From the IMG/VR virus record IMGVR_UViG_3300034053_000029, positions 146,172 to 210,171 of that record: 64,000 bases of DNA. One strand, written 5' to 3'. Position numbers and translations under genes: made by a program. Position 1 is the first letter of the stretch. Each line of letters begins with the position of its first letter. The notes below the pieces were generated by a model. It saw only the letters and a list, made by a program, of their open reading frames with translations, did no database searches and was not told the origin of the DNA. Positions 55,064 through 64,000 of this stretch are shown here, piece by piece. Source of the DNA: a virus (taxonomy: Duplodnaviria > Caudoviricetes).

Positions 55064-56851
55064 TTATTCGCCTTGTGATGCTACTGTTACATTTTCGTTT
55101 TTCATTCTTAGAATGACATTTTTTGTGGTTGTGATGTTTTGATCTTGAGGAATTGCACTAATAATCAAATTGCTTCCTACATACGATGTGACGTAGAATG
55201 TAACGACTATTTCTCCTGTAGCATAATCAACGGAACCAACGTTATTATTTACTATGGTGTAATTTCCATCAGAAGTGAATGTGATTAACATCATGTTGCC
55301 TTTTCTATCATCCCTCAAATAACACAACGATGTTATTACGTTTGTGTAAAATCCGGTTGATGAAACGGTGTAATCTGATGACTTTGAATCGATCTTATTA
55401 TCAAAACTCAAAATGTGATTTTGATCTGTGTATGGCTGAACACTGAGAGTTTTTGCTAATGTAATATCCACATTGGTTCCAGTAATCGAGTCATCGACCT
55501 TATCTAATCTAGCTAAGAATTTTGATAGTTTTAGTGATCCAGTGAAACTGAATAGATTTTCAGATGAGAATGCATTGATTTCATCTCGTACAAGTGACTC
55601 AAGTTCATTTACAGCAAGTTTAATTATGTTTTTATCATAAGTGAATTTGGCATATAACACGATATCCAAATATTCTGGCGATTTGAATATGATGTTTGTA
55701 TTGCCAACCGCCTTCTTCTTCAGAAACTCTTTGATTGCGGTCTTTTCAGAGTCGATCAAGTCTTCTCCGGACTCTGGAATGACGCAAAGAACTACAGAGT
55801 TATATAAAGGAGGAATATTCTCTTCACCACCCCATGAAATAATTTGTTTTACGTTATTTGAATATCTCTTAGCTAATGCTGCATAGTCATCTGCCACAAC
55901 AGCACGATTCTGCACACCATAGTTATTAACTGCATTAAACTTGATGGATGTTAGACTTTCTCTATTGCTGCCACTAGTAGATAATCCGGTGATAACTTCG
56001 GTTGTATAGTTTGTGGCAAATACTGTTTGATTTGGGTTGTTGAGAATCCAACGAGTTGCGCCATTACCTTCGATACCGTGAGTGACCATATATGAAAGTC
56101 TTACGGTTGTTCTGTCTGGTGGAGCTACACCAAATGTACCATCACCAAAATATATTTGGAATAATCCATTAAATCCTTCTTGAATAAAATATACCTTGTC
56201 ACTTGCGCCAATATCAAGAATGTTACTTGCTAAAGCGTATGAGTCATATATGATTTCGCCTTCACGCTTAACTTCAACAATCAATGTAGATAAGTCAATA
56301 TCTAAATTTGGAATGGTGATGAATTTTGTAACATCACTATATTCTAGATAGTTAGTCGTAAACTCTCCTTCATAAATCTCCACCCCATTTAGAATCAATT
56401 CATAGTTATTGCTTCCTAGTGAAACGATAGCGGCACTGTATGTATTTGCCGTAGTGAATGTATATGAGAATCCATCAATAACTGTTTTGAATACAGGTGA
56501 ACCTTTTTGGAACACGAAAGAAGTTCCTGGGTTGCTAGTATTAGAGAAAGTGATATTCAAGTCAACAGTTGCTCTTGCTGCTGCTCTTGATCTAGGAACA
56601 TATCCTAGTGATTTCGCATGAGAAACTACGCTTGACCTTTTTGCGGCAGTATCAATGAACATTTCGTTGGCAAGGAAGTTTGCCATCAACGCATGGTAGT
56701 GGGTATTATATGCAAGAATGTCTAGCAACACATTCAAGTTTGACCCTTCGAAGTTGTAATCGGTAAACTCAGGACGAGTCTTGAGAAAGTCCTTGAAGTT
56801 TACTTTAAGGGTATCAAAATCGAAGTCTGTGACTTTTAATTTGTGTGTCAT
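55064..56851 (-). CDS. gp6: Baseplate wedge subunit
   Basis: DFDFD.LK.N.K.FL....EFTDYNFEGS.L..LLD.LAYNTHY...ANF..NE.F.D.A..RSSVVS.AK.LGY.PRS; QNRAV...DY. Confidence 0.95.
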   Translation of the reverse strand: MTHKLKVTDFDFDTLKVNFKDFLKTRPEFTDYNFEGSNLNVLLDILAYNTHYHALMANFLANEMFIDTAAKRSSVVSHAKSLGYVPRSRAAARATVDLNITFSNTSNPGTSFVFQKGSPVFKTVIDGFSYTFTTANTYSAAIVSLGSNNYELILNGVEIYEGEFTTNYLEYSDVTKFITIPNLDIDLSTLIVEVKREGEIIYDSYALASNILDIGASDKVYFIQEGFNGLFQIYFGDGTFGVAPPDRTTVRLSYMVTHGIEGNGATRWILNNPNQTVFATNYTTEVITGLSTSGSNRESLTSIKFNAVNNYGVQNRAVVADDYAALAKRYSNNVKQIISWGGEENIPPLYNSVVLCVIPESGEDLIDSEKTAIKEFLKKKAVGNTNIIFKSPEYLDIVLYAKFTYDKNIIKLAVNELESLVRDEINAFSSENLFSFTGSLKLSKFLARLDKVDDSITGTNVDITLAKTLSVQPYTDQNHILSFDNKIDSKSSDYTVSSTGFYTNVITSLCYLRDDRKGNMMLITFTSDGNYTIVNNNVGSVDYATGEIVVTFYVTSYVGSNLIISAIPQDQNITTTKNVILRMKNENVTVASQGE

Positions 56852-57252
56852 TATCTGATTCTCTCCATCTCTACTCTAAGAGATTGTGGGCCATAGTCTT
56901 TAACCGTATAGAAAATGTCTATAACTAGTTGATTTGTATCATAATATAGAGCAATAGTTTTTGCGTTACCACTATTAACAACAACATTGTCTATCGTAAT
57001 GCGTGGTTCATATAGCTCAAGTTTTTCTTTCAACAATCTTTTGGCGATTATCTCGGTCATTGGGGATTGCAACGTAAATAGCAAATCCCTTATGTTGGTG
57101 CCATAAAATTCATCAAATGGCTTTTCAAATGGCTTTCCATTGATGATGTTTCTCATAGAATTCTTAATCGCATCCAAGTCGAATATCCGCATCACATCAT
57201 TTGTAGCAGGATGTGGTATGAACGATAAGTCTATATCTATAAATTTCTGCAT
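56851..57252 (-). CDS. gp25: Baseplate wedge subunit
   Basis: F.DIDLSF..HP.T.DV....D..AIKNS..NI......E.PF...G.....LLF......YEPRI. Confidence 0.95.
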   Translation of the reverse strand: MQKFIDIDLSFIPHPATNDVMRIFDLDAIKNSMRNIINGKPFEKPFDEFYGTNIRDLLFTLQSPMTEIIAKRLLKEKLELYEPRITIDNVVVNSGNAKTIALYYDTNQLVIDIFYTVKDYGPQSLRVEMERIR

Positions 57253-57277
57253 GGTCTTTGTCTTTATCTAGATATAA

Positions 57278-57285
57278 TATTTATT
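57278..57285 (-). promoter_or_regulatory. T4-type late promoter (AATAAATA)
   Basis: Overlaps the gp5 stop; 25 nt upstream of the gp25 ATG. Confidence 0.6.
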
Positions 57286-59812
57286 AGTTCCTAATCAACT
57301 TGAATCCTTGACCAACATTGACATGGTTATTATAAGTGAATGTCTGTCTTCTTCTTTGTCTTGTGGTACATGAAATATGAATCCATGCTTTCTCTTTTCC
57401 TTCAAACTCCAATAGCAACTGATCATAAGGAACAAACTGAGCAATTTCTTGAACTGCTTGGAACATGAATTCTTGCTTGGAAACGCCTTCGGGGAAGCTC
57501 GTGAATCCAATGTCAACTGCCTCTCCTAGCTCATGTTGTGATGGGTTTCCAGACTTCTTAGAATTTGGATTTCCGATCAAACGAATTCCAGAGTTGATCT
57601 TCAGTCTTGATCCATATTTCGCCTTGATAGGTTCTAAAATATTCACACACAAATATTGTAGATTCTCTATCAACTGCTCTCCTGTCAATGAGTGCTGACC
57701 TCCGAATGGGAATGCACTCGAACCGCATAGTGCCTTCAACTTGAAGTTTGGTGACAATTGGATATTTTCTCTATCATTCATGTTTGGTTTCTTTACTTCA
57801 ACTGGTGGTGGAGTTACAGGTACGGTTACTGGCTTAGTTACTGGTGCCACCGCAGGTGCAGGATTAGTCACTTGAACAATTTGAGCAGGAACCACCACCG
57901 ACGCTTCCGGAACTGAAGGTGTCTCTGTGGTTTGTGGCTCACTTGTTGATGCTTCTTCAGACGCATTAACGACACCAACATTAGTATGCTCAACTTCAGC
58001 ACTAGCAGATTCACCTGCGGATACTGCTTGAATGTTCATCACTTCTTTGGTGAATTTATCCAAATCTGATATTTTAGATATATCTGTCGATTTCGCAATT
58101 CCACTATTCAAATGAACTTGACTTCCATCGGCGGCGACCTGACCTTCTGAAAGGATATGAACACTACCCTTACCAACAAGCTCAGTACTTGCCGTTGATT
58201 CTAAGTGTGTTATGATAGATGACTTTAATGTAATAGTCTCAGACTCAACAGCAAACTTAGTTTTTGCCTTGACATCAAATGTCTCACACTCAACTCTAAC
58301 GTCTTGTGCCTTGACCATCACATTATTCATTTCAATGAATGCATTATCGGTTTGTAATGTGAAATTTCCCTCAATAGTAATATGACCATTACCTTTTATG
58401 GACACATATCCATCCTGCTCAATTATTTGAATACCATGTCCAACGATCTTGTTGGTTTGATTTCCACCCACATCAATCTCGATGAATGTGCCTTCTTTAT
58501 GATATAAGTGAACACGCTCTGCTCTAGGGGAATCATCCAATTCGAATACATGACCAGATTCAGTTTGAGTAACGTGGTTGTATGGGTACTTTGCACCAAA
58601 AGGAATACTTGGTTGACTCCATGTCTTTTCACTTAATGCAATACTAATGTTTCTCTTTCGTTCTAGGTCTTTTAGCTTAACGATAGTGTTATCTAAATTC
58701 TGACTTCTAGCCAAACGTGATGTGTCTGCCTCATTTCTCCACAAAGGATATTTCCTCTCCGGATCATTAAACCCATCATTCTGATTTACATCATTTCTTT
58801 TTGTGACCACCACCTCTTCTTGAGGTGGAACTGGTTGTGGTTGTTCTTCATCTGGTTGTGGTGGAAGATCGTTTGTCGTTTGTTCAGGTCGCACTACGAT
58901 GGAACGATAGCAAAGATCATAATACTTTTGAGTGGTCGTGCCATATCCATCTGCCTTAATCTCTCCACGAAGGAATTGACTAACTGCACCTGTACCTTGA
59001 TTATGTGCAACGCCTAAAAGTCCTGCCAGAACTCTTGGATCGGTTCCTGATGAGATTTGATTCTTGTTCAACATAATCTTATAGCTACGTTGAGTGTAAA
59101 GCAGCATACATTTATCTTGGACAGAGTTATTCTGAAGGAATAATGTTTTGGAAGTTATTCCATCTTTACCTGTCCAATTTGAATCAACATCCATGGCAGC
59201 ATTTTTACCATATGGTCTTACTTTACTATCTGCAGCACCAAATGTTCCTTTTTTAATATATCCAAGGTCTTCTAATCCTGCTACCCCAAATTGATATGCA
59301 CCAATGTAACCTATTGAATTAACAATTGAATAGTTGTTTGATGATTCTTTAAAACGAACAGCAGCAACCCACGCATCATATTGTGATTTTGTTAATGATC
59401 CTAGATAGGGTTGTCCATCTTGCAATACGCTTGCATCATAAACCCCTGCTGCTACACCTGCTTCTTTTTGTGTTGGAGTTGCTTCTTCTGGTGGTGGTGG
59501 TTTTGGTGAATTGTCAATATCATCAACAGAACCTGGGATTCCCGCAACGGAACCCAAGATGACAGGTACTTGATAATCATTATTCGTAAACACAACAAGA
59601 ACCCATGATCCATTAACCAATCCTGGGTTCATACCTATTCCAGATGTTGCGGCACTCGTTGTTGGTTGCAAACAAGTTGCCCATGGAAGCTCACTCGTAG
59701 ACATTTGAGTTTTGTCTTTTGGATGAATTCCAACTATGCGAACTTGATATCTACCCAAACGTAAAGGGTCTTCTCTATTTTCTACACAACCATAAAAAAA
59801 TGTCTGACTCAT
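57284..59812 (-). CDS. gp5: Baseplate hub/cell-puncturing protein with a lysozyme-like domain and a C-terminal M15 peptidase
   Basis: OB-fold FYG.VE.R.DPL.LGR..VRI.G.H...LPWA; ESS.NY...N..GY.GAYQFG; YP.NHV.QTESGHV.E.DD.P..ER...YH..GT; LS.NF.L...INSG.R...SQH..GEAVDI...DQL.LE...WIHIS. Confidence 0.9.
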   Translation of the reverse strand: MSQTFFYGCVENREDPLRLGRYQVRIVGIHPKDKTQMSTSELPWATCLQPTTSAATSGIGMNPGLVNGSWVLVVFTNNDYQVPVILGSVAGIPGSVDDIDNSPKPPPPEEATPTQKEAGVAAGVYDASVLQDGQPYLGSLTKSQYDAWVAAVRFKESSNNYSIVNSIGYIGAYQFGVAGLEDLGYIKKGTFGAADSKVRPYGKNAAMDVDSNWTGKDGITSKTLFLQNNSVQDKCMLLYTQRSYKIMLNKNQISSGTDPRVLAGLLGVAHNQGTGAVSQFLRGEIKADGYGTTTQKYYDLCYRSIVVRPEQTTNDLPPQPDEEQPQPVPPQEEVVVTKRNDVNQNDGFNDPERKYPLWRNEADTSRLARSQNLDNTIVKLKDLERKRNISIALSEKTWSQPSIPFGAKYPYNHVTQTESGHVFELDDSPRAERVHLYHKEGTFIEIDVGGNQTNKIVGHGIQIIEQDGYVSIKGNGHITIEGNFTLQTDNAFIEMNNVMVKAQDVRVECETFDVKAKTKFAVESETITLKSSIITHLESTASTELVGKGSVHILSEGQVAADGSQVHLNSGIAKSTDISKISDLDKFTKEVMNIQAVSAGESASAEVEHTNVGVVNASEEASTSEPQTTETPSVPEASVVVPAQIVQVTNPAPAVAPVTKPVTVPVTPPPVEVKKPNMNDRENIQLSPNFKLKALCGSSAFPFGGQHSLTGEQLIENLQYLCVNILEPIKAKYGSRLKINSGIRLIGNPNSKKSGNPSQHELGEAVDIGFTSFPEGVSKQEFMFQAVQEIAQFVPYDQLLLEFEGKEKAWIHISCTTRQRRRQTFTYNNHVNVGQGFKLIRN

Positions 59813-59814
59813 AA

Positions 59815-61104
59815 TTATGCCCTATAACTATCTGTTGATAAACCAATAACCATCTTATGTGCTGAACTATCGAAACGATGTTGGATTGCAGTTATTAAAT
59901 AATTTCCACTAAGCAATTGATCTATAGCACTTTTTTGATTATTTGCTTCTGGATTTTTTGCTGAAGGAATTACGAGTGTCAATTGCTGACCAACACATAG
60001 ATCAGTTCTTCCCCACACTTCTATTTCAATCTGAACAGAATTCATGATACCTAAAGCAACTCGGTTTTTAATCGGATTGATTGTACTGTCTGTTGGTGCA
60101 ACTCCCTTATGATATGATGAATGAGAAACAATTTTACCATCCCCAATAAAATCATAAAAGTTGCTAAGTGGAAACCCGTTCATTGATTTTGTTGAATCAA
60201 ATGATTTCATATAATCGTATGGTATGTTATACTTAACCACTTTAGATAATACATCAAACTCAATCACTTGGTTCTTATATATTCCAGTACTGAGGTTCTC
60301 TAACATATCAAATTGCTGATCCACTCTGAATATATGAATCTGCCTCATTTCTGATATGTAATCACGATTCCCATCTTTTTGCCTATTTGGATTTTGATCA
60401 TAATAATATGTGTCATTTCCATTATTCTTTTTCTTTGTCAATGCGCTGAGTGGATATAAATTCAACCCATTTCTATTTTCATAGAATAAGTAATTTGCTG
60501 CGGCACCATCAGTTAAAACAGTTTGATCATCTATACATAATGACGTTAATTTATTAATGGCGGCAATAGGTGAAACGTTAGGAGCAATATATGCAACTTC
60601 GTTTTTACTCTTCTCGTCTTCCAAATAATTAAATGGCAACACTGTCAGATCGACTTTTAAATCATTCTGCAATATTCCACGAATAGAGTTGATAGCATTG
60701 CCTCGAAAAGCTCTCATCAATCTAACATGATTATCCTTGTATGCGAATTCACTAACAAGATGAAGAAAATATACAGATTTTGCAGATTGGATGATTTTGC
60801 TCTCAACCTTATACACTATCATTTTCTTCTTGATAATAGCTTCATCTGGCATTTCTGGTGTCTTAAACATGATGGAAATTTCTTCTCCACCAATGATTGG
60901 CAATATACTAGAAAATGCGATTGAGTCGGACAGCATAAGAGTTGCAGACATAGTTGGTGAGAACAAGTCCTCAAACAACGACATTTCAACCATGAAATTT
61001 GTTAAACTTATCCCCTCTGATCCATTTTTATGAATAGTGAGTCTAAGTATCTGAATATCACCAGGTCGCTTGAACCTTTCTTCCGATTTAACTTCAGTGG
61101 TCAT
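59815..61104 (-). CDS. Baseplate hub subunit (gp27-like)
   Basis: PGD..I..L.I......I.L...E.S.FED.FSP.M...L...DS....LPIIG.E.I...F.TP; Y.FYEN..G....L; G..D..VG...SG.YLIT.I.H.F; directly upstream of gp5. Confidence 0.75.
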   Translation of the reverse strand: MTTEVKSEERFKRPGDIQILRLTIHKNGSEGISLTNFMVEMSLFEDLFSPTMSATLMLSDSIAFSSILPIIGGEEISIMFKTPEMPDEAIIKKKMIVYKVESKIIQSAKSVYFLHLVSEFAYKDNHVRLMRAFRGNAINSIRGILQNDLKVDLTVLPFNYLEDEKSKNEVAYIAPNVSPIAAINKLTSLCIDDQTVLTDGAAANYLFYENRNGLNLYPLSALTKKKNNGNDTYYYDQNPNRQKDGNRDYISEMRQIHIFRVDQQFDMLENLSTGIYKNQVIEFDVLSKVVKYNIPYDYMKSFDSTKSMNGFPLSNFYDFIGDGKIVSHSSYHKGVAPTDSTINPIKNRVALGIMNSVQIEIEVWGRTDLCVGQQLTLVIPSAKNPEANNQKSAIDQLLSGNYLITAIQHRFDSSAHKMVIGLSTDSYRA

Positions 61105-61904
61105 TATACGATCTTGTTAAAATATAGATTCACAAATGCAGATATCGAATCTTGTTTAACTACCTTGATGTATCGTTTCTTGTCATTCTCATGATACATT
61201 GCTTGTAATTTAGATATGATATATGCTTTTTCATTAGCACCAAAAGATTCAATATCTTTCACTATGCCGTTGGCAGTAATATAGTGAGAAACATTCAAAT
61301 AATCCTCGATACCTTTTCTGAACGTTTGATTTGTAATATTATTCATAGAGGATATAGTTGGTCGACTCAATGTTAATGTGATCTTATTTTGTCCTTCATC
61401 TTTAGTTACGGTTTTCACATAACTATTTGGTGAAAGATTTTCTGAAACGAATGTTCCTGGAACAACCATGTCTGGTCTATTTACAATTATTGATGCTTCA
61501 TTGATTATAGATATATCTATGGTAGTCGTATTTGCCGCATATGGTTTAATTTCAACGGTAAAAGAATCACTTGGTTTTATTGATGCAGATTTATTTGGAT
61601 ATAACTTTTTAGCATAATCTTCCAATTCGTCAGAAGACAAAGGCCAATCGGCAGTCATATCAAACAGATTATTGACATACATGATAGTCCAATAATAGTC
61701 CGTTGTGCCATATATCTTATATGAGATTTTTTCTGGTGTATCACCATCACGGATATAATAACTATCAAATATTAAATCAATAGATTCATCTTCATAAAAT
61801 GATTGTACTCTAGTAGTTACGTCAGCAAGAGAATGAATCTTCTTTGTGTCTTCATTTGTTGTGAAGTCATATGTGATGATCGGAAAGTTTTTAAAGTAAT
61901 CCAT
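61104..61904 (-). CDS. gp53: Baseplate wedge subunit
   Basis: YF..FP.I.YD; Y.I.DGDTPE.IS..IYG...Y.W.I...N...D...DWPL; E..ND.KR.IKV.K. Confidence 0.9.
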   Translation of the reverse strand: MDYFKNFPIITYDFTTNEDTKKIHSLADVTTRVQSFYEDESIDLIFDSYYIRDGDTPEKISYKIYGTTDYYWTIMYVNNLFDMTADWPLSSDELEDYAKKLYPNKSASIKPSDSFTVEIKPYAANTTTIDISIINEASIIVNRPDMVVPGTFVSENLSPNSYVKTVTKDEGQNKITLTLSRPTISSMNNITNQTFRKGIEDYLNVSHYITANGIVKDIESFGANEKAYIISKLQAMYHENDKKRYIKVVKQDSISAFVNLYFNKIV

Positions 61905-63451
61905 TAGAATCCTCTTCTACGTTTTTGTGCGGCCTTATTTGCGCCATCTGCATAATAACCAACATCAACAGAATACCTTGATCCTTCGTTATCACCAACA
62001 TCTTGAACCATTGCACGATGAATTGGTTCAACTTCTTGGAAAGTTGCTTGAATGGATACATATGGTGGAATCATGGTTCCTTCAAACGAAATCCAATGTC
62101 CATGTGGAGTATAGTCGACTCGCAACCCTGACAATACACATGTTGCAATCTTTGGAAGGGTTTCAGATTCTTTGAATGTTCCACTAGACATCATAGAATC
62201 CTTCTCAACATCTTTCCTTACGTTTTCATAGAACTCGATATCAAACTCATTCGGCATGATCATATACGTTCCAAGATCGGTAGTTTCCAATTCTGGATGC
62301 ATATTTTCTTTGAGAAGTGATATGATTTTTCTGATGGTGTTCCACTCTCTTACGGTAGTAATTGGAAGATGCCATTGGAAAGGCCACGACCTAAGCTCAA
62401 TTTGTTGAAATACTTGTTCTGTTCTCGGGTTTGATACTGTTCCCAATACTTTATCAAACGTTGCTCCACCACCATTAACTCCACCTAATGATGTGAATGG
62501 CATATTTTTGGCATTCGTGACATTTTCCACAATAGTTCTTATTTCACCACGAAGAAGGTCTGTCATAACGGCAGCACCAACTCCCTTAATATCACCTGCC
62601 ATATTTGGGCCACCGGTTGCTTGATGTAATACTGAGCCAATCAAACCTGACGAACCGGCAAGCCCATACTTTGCGGTATATTCTGCAGCAATCGTTAGAG
62701 GGATAGGAAGCATAATACATCCAGTAAACCTCTTATATTTTGCGATATTTTCTGAAAGTTTTTCGAATGCTTTATTAACTTCAATTGCTGCAGTTAGTAT
62801 TCCTCGCTTAGTATTAGCCTCAAGATCATTGCCTTGTACGTTTTTTAGTTCTTGTTTAAGACCTATACCAGTATCTCTTACCGCATTTGTTGTCGATGCA
62901 GATGATCCATTATTGGTTGTTCCCAATGCTTGATTCGCAGAACTTCCCCCTAAGTCGTTACCATCCAATCTTCTTTCTGCCACATAGCTATCTTTCTTCG
63001 CCATAAACTTACCAAGTTTAGACTTGGAATTGACATTCATGAATATTCCCATTGCATGTGGGTATCGCTTTTGTAATGATCCCTCATTCATCAATCCGGT
63101 TGGAAAATATAATATGTCATATTTCTTTGCACCTTGTTGAAAATCGACAACATCATCAATACCAACAATGTTATTTTCGGTTCTATTTCTAGTGGCAACT
63201 GACGTTGGAGTAGTTTCTCCTGTACCAGAATCCGATCCTGTGTTGTACTCTGGTGGCGGTCTATTCCAATAATCGTTATAGTCTCCGTCTGCTCCAGATT
63301 CGAATGTTGGTGGAGGGTTTCCCCAATAGCCATTGTTACCTTGCTGTGCCTCAAACCCTGCAATATCGTTATGCTCAGTGAGATCGTATTGTTGGGTTTG
63401 TTGTGCAGGTGCGGTAATTTCAGAATCTGGTAGATCAAGTATAATTGCCAT
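61904..63451 (-). CDS. gp48: Baseplate-tail tube cap
   Basis: I.LP.P..I...Y...Y; NP..EQ.F....LR.W.F.W.L.......I.KII......MHPE.....P.EF.I.FY; LP.I.TCVL....VDYTP.G; F.E.EP. Confidence 0.85.
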   Translation of the reverse strand: MAIILDLPDSEITAPAQQTQQYDLTEHNDIAGFEAQQGNNGYWGNPPPTFESGADGDYNDYWNRPPPEYNTGSDSGTGETTPTSVATRNRTENNIVGIDDVVDFQQGAKKYDILYFPTGLMNEGSLQKRYPHAMGIFMNVNSKSKLGKFMAKKDSYVAERRLDGNDLGGSSANQALGTTNNGSSASTTNAVRDTGIGLKQELKNVQGNDLEANTKRGILTAAIEVNKAFEKLSENIAKYKRFTGCIMLPIPLTIAAEYTAKYGLAGSSGLIGSVLHQATGGPNMAGDIKGVGAAVMTDLLRGEIRTIVENVTNAKNMPFTSLGGVNGGGATFDKVLGTVSNPRTEQVFQQIELRSWPFQWHLPITTVREWNTIRKIISLLKENMHPELETTDLGTYMIMPNEFDIEFYENVRKDVEKDSMMSSGTFKESETLPKIATCVLSGLRVDYTPHGHWISFEGTMIPPYVSIQATFQEVEPIHRAMVQDVGDNEGSRYSVDVGYYADGANKAAQKRRRGF

Positions 63452-63455
63452 GATG

Positions 63456-63488
63456 GGTAAATATGTGATTATGAATGTATTATTTATA
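63456..63488. promoter_or_regulatory. Divergent late promoters: GGTAAATA (+, 63456-63463) for gp4 and TATAAATA (-, 63481-63488) for gp48
   Basis: Both lie in the 42-nt gap between the divergent starts; the resulting 5' ends would overlap. Confidence 0.6.
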
Positions 63489-63493
63489 CCGCT

Positions 63494-63940
63494 ATGTCAA
63501 AATATCATCAAGGAAAATTTACCCCACTTAGACCAGAGAAGTATATTGGTGATGTGAAGAATATTGTCTATCGATCTGGATGGGAGTTGAGTGTGATGCA
63601 ATGGTTAGATAAGAACCCATCTATATTGAAATGGGGTAGTGAAGAACTAATCATTGCGTATATCCATCCATTGGATAATATGCCACACCGTTATTATCCA
63701 GATTTCATAGCATTAACAAAACAAAAAGATGGTACGGTAAAGAAGATCATCATCGAAATCAAACCAGATGCTCAAACTAAGCCACCAGTTAAGCCAAAAA
63801 GAATGACTAAGAGATACTTAAAAGAGATAGAAACATATGCAATAAATATTAACAAGTGGAAAGCAGCAACGGAATTTGCAAAGAAAAATAACTTTGAATT
63901 CAAAATATTAACGGAACATCACATCGACGGAATTAAATGA
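63494..63940 (+). CDS. gp4: Head completion nuclease (TnsA-like)
   Basis: YHQGKF.P..PEKY.GD..NI.YRS.WE...M.W.D.NP.I.KW.SEE..I.Y..P.D...HRYYPDF...IEIKP..QT.PP...Y..N..KW.AA..F.......F.I.TE. Confidence 0.95.
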   Translation: MSKYHQGKFTPLRPEKYIGDVKNIVYRSGWELSVMQWLDKNPSILKWGSEELIIAYIHPLDNMPHRYYPDFIALTKQKDGTVKKIIIEIKPDAQTKPPVKPKRMTKRYLKEIETYAININKWKAATEFAKKNNFEFKILTEHHIDGIK

Positions 63941-64000
63941 CACAACCAACACCATCAGCACCACCAATCAATGCAAATATATCTCTATTTGATATATTAA
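63937..64000 (+). CDS. 5' end of the next gene (partial, unidentified)
   Basis: ATGA overlap with the gp4 stop; open frame MTQPTPSAPPINANISLFDIL to the window edge. Confidence 0.6.
   Translation, partial: MTQPTPSAPPINANISLFDIL

Noticed and set aside
41-63557. The many short opposite-strand or nested ORFs in the track (for example 8306..8848, 36881..37459, 17843..18382)
   Set aside because: They are shadows of long minus-strand genes with biased codon use; they have no RBS, promoter or recognisable motif.
1-64000. Stop-codon reassignment
   Set aside because: Conserved genes (gp4, gp5, gp6, gp8, gp25, gp48, gp53) are full length and tightly packed under the standard code.
1-64000. tRNA, rRNA or CRISPR arrays
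   Set aside because: All intergenic gaps are under about 100 nt; no cloverleaf motifs or regularly spaced repeats were seen by eye. A tRNAscan or CRISPR search was not run.

Overview
A 64 kb, AT-rich, almost entirely minus-strand late (virion morphogenesis) region of a large T4-like myophage, most similar in gene content to environmental T4-like phages that carry VrlC/DUF4815. The host is probably Gram-negative (inference from signal peptides and a beta-barrel gene). Right end: gp4 (+ strand), divergent from gp48, gp53, gp27-like hub, gp5, gp25, gp6, gp7, gp8 and a VrlC-like gene. From about 40 kb down to 0.7 kb lies an unusually large set of fibre, adhesin, chaperone and decoration genes, including three parallel split-fibre cassettes and a 2492-aa Asp-box fibre. 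T4-type late promoters (consensus nATAAATA) precede many genes. Main discoveries: (1) a late, translationally coupled 11-gene operon (19015-24306) encoding an outer-membrane porin, a single-lobe periplasmic-binding-protein-like partner, three membrane/coiled-coil proteins, a secreted HNH nuclease and a permuted NlpC/P60 enzyme, which may be a phage-encoded trans-envelope system; (2) four or five dispersed His-rich proteins with T4 internal-protein capsid-targeting N-termini (MxTF[KR][ED][YF][IL]xE), two with GNAT-like motifs; (3) a homing endonuclease whose ribosome-binding site is locked in a 15-bp hairpin with a late promoter in the loop; (4) an unannotated 35-codon gene remnant marking a breakpoint at a second, antisense HNH gene. 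All family assignments come from motif recognition by eye; no database search was run.
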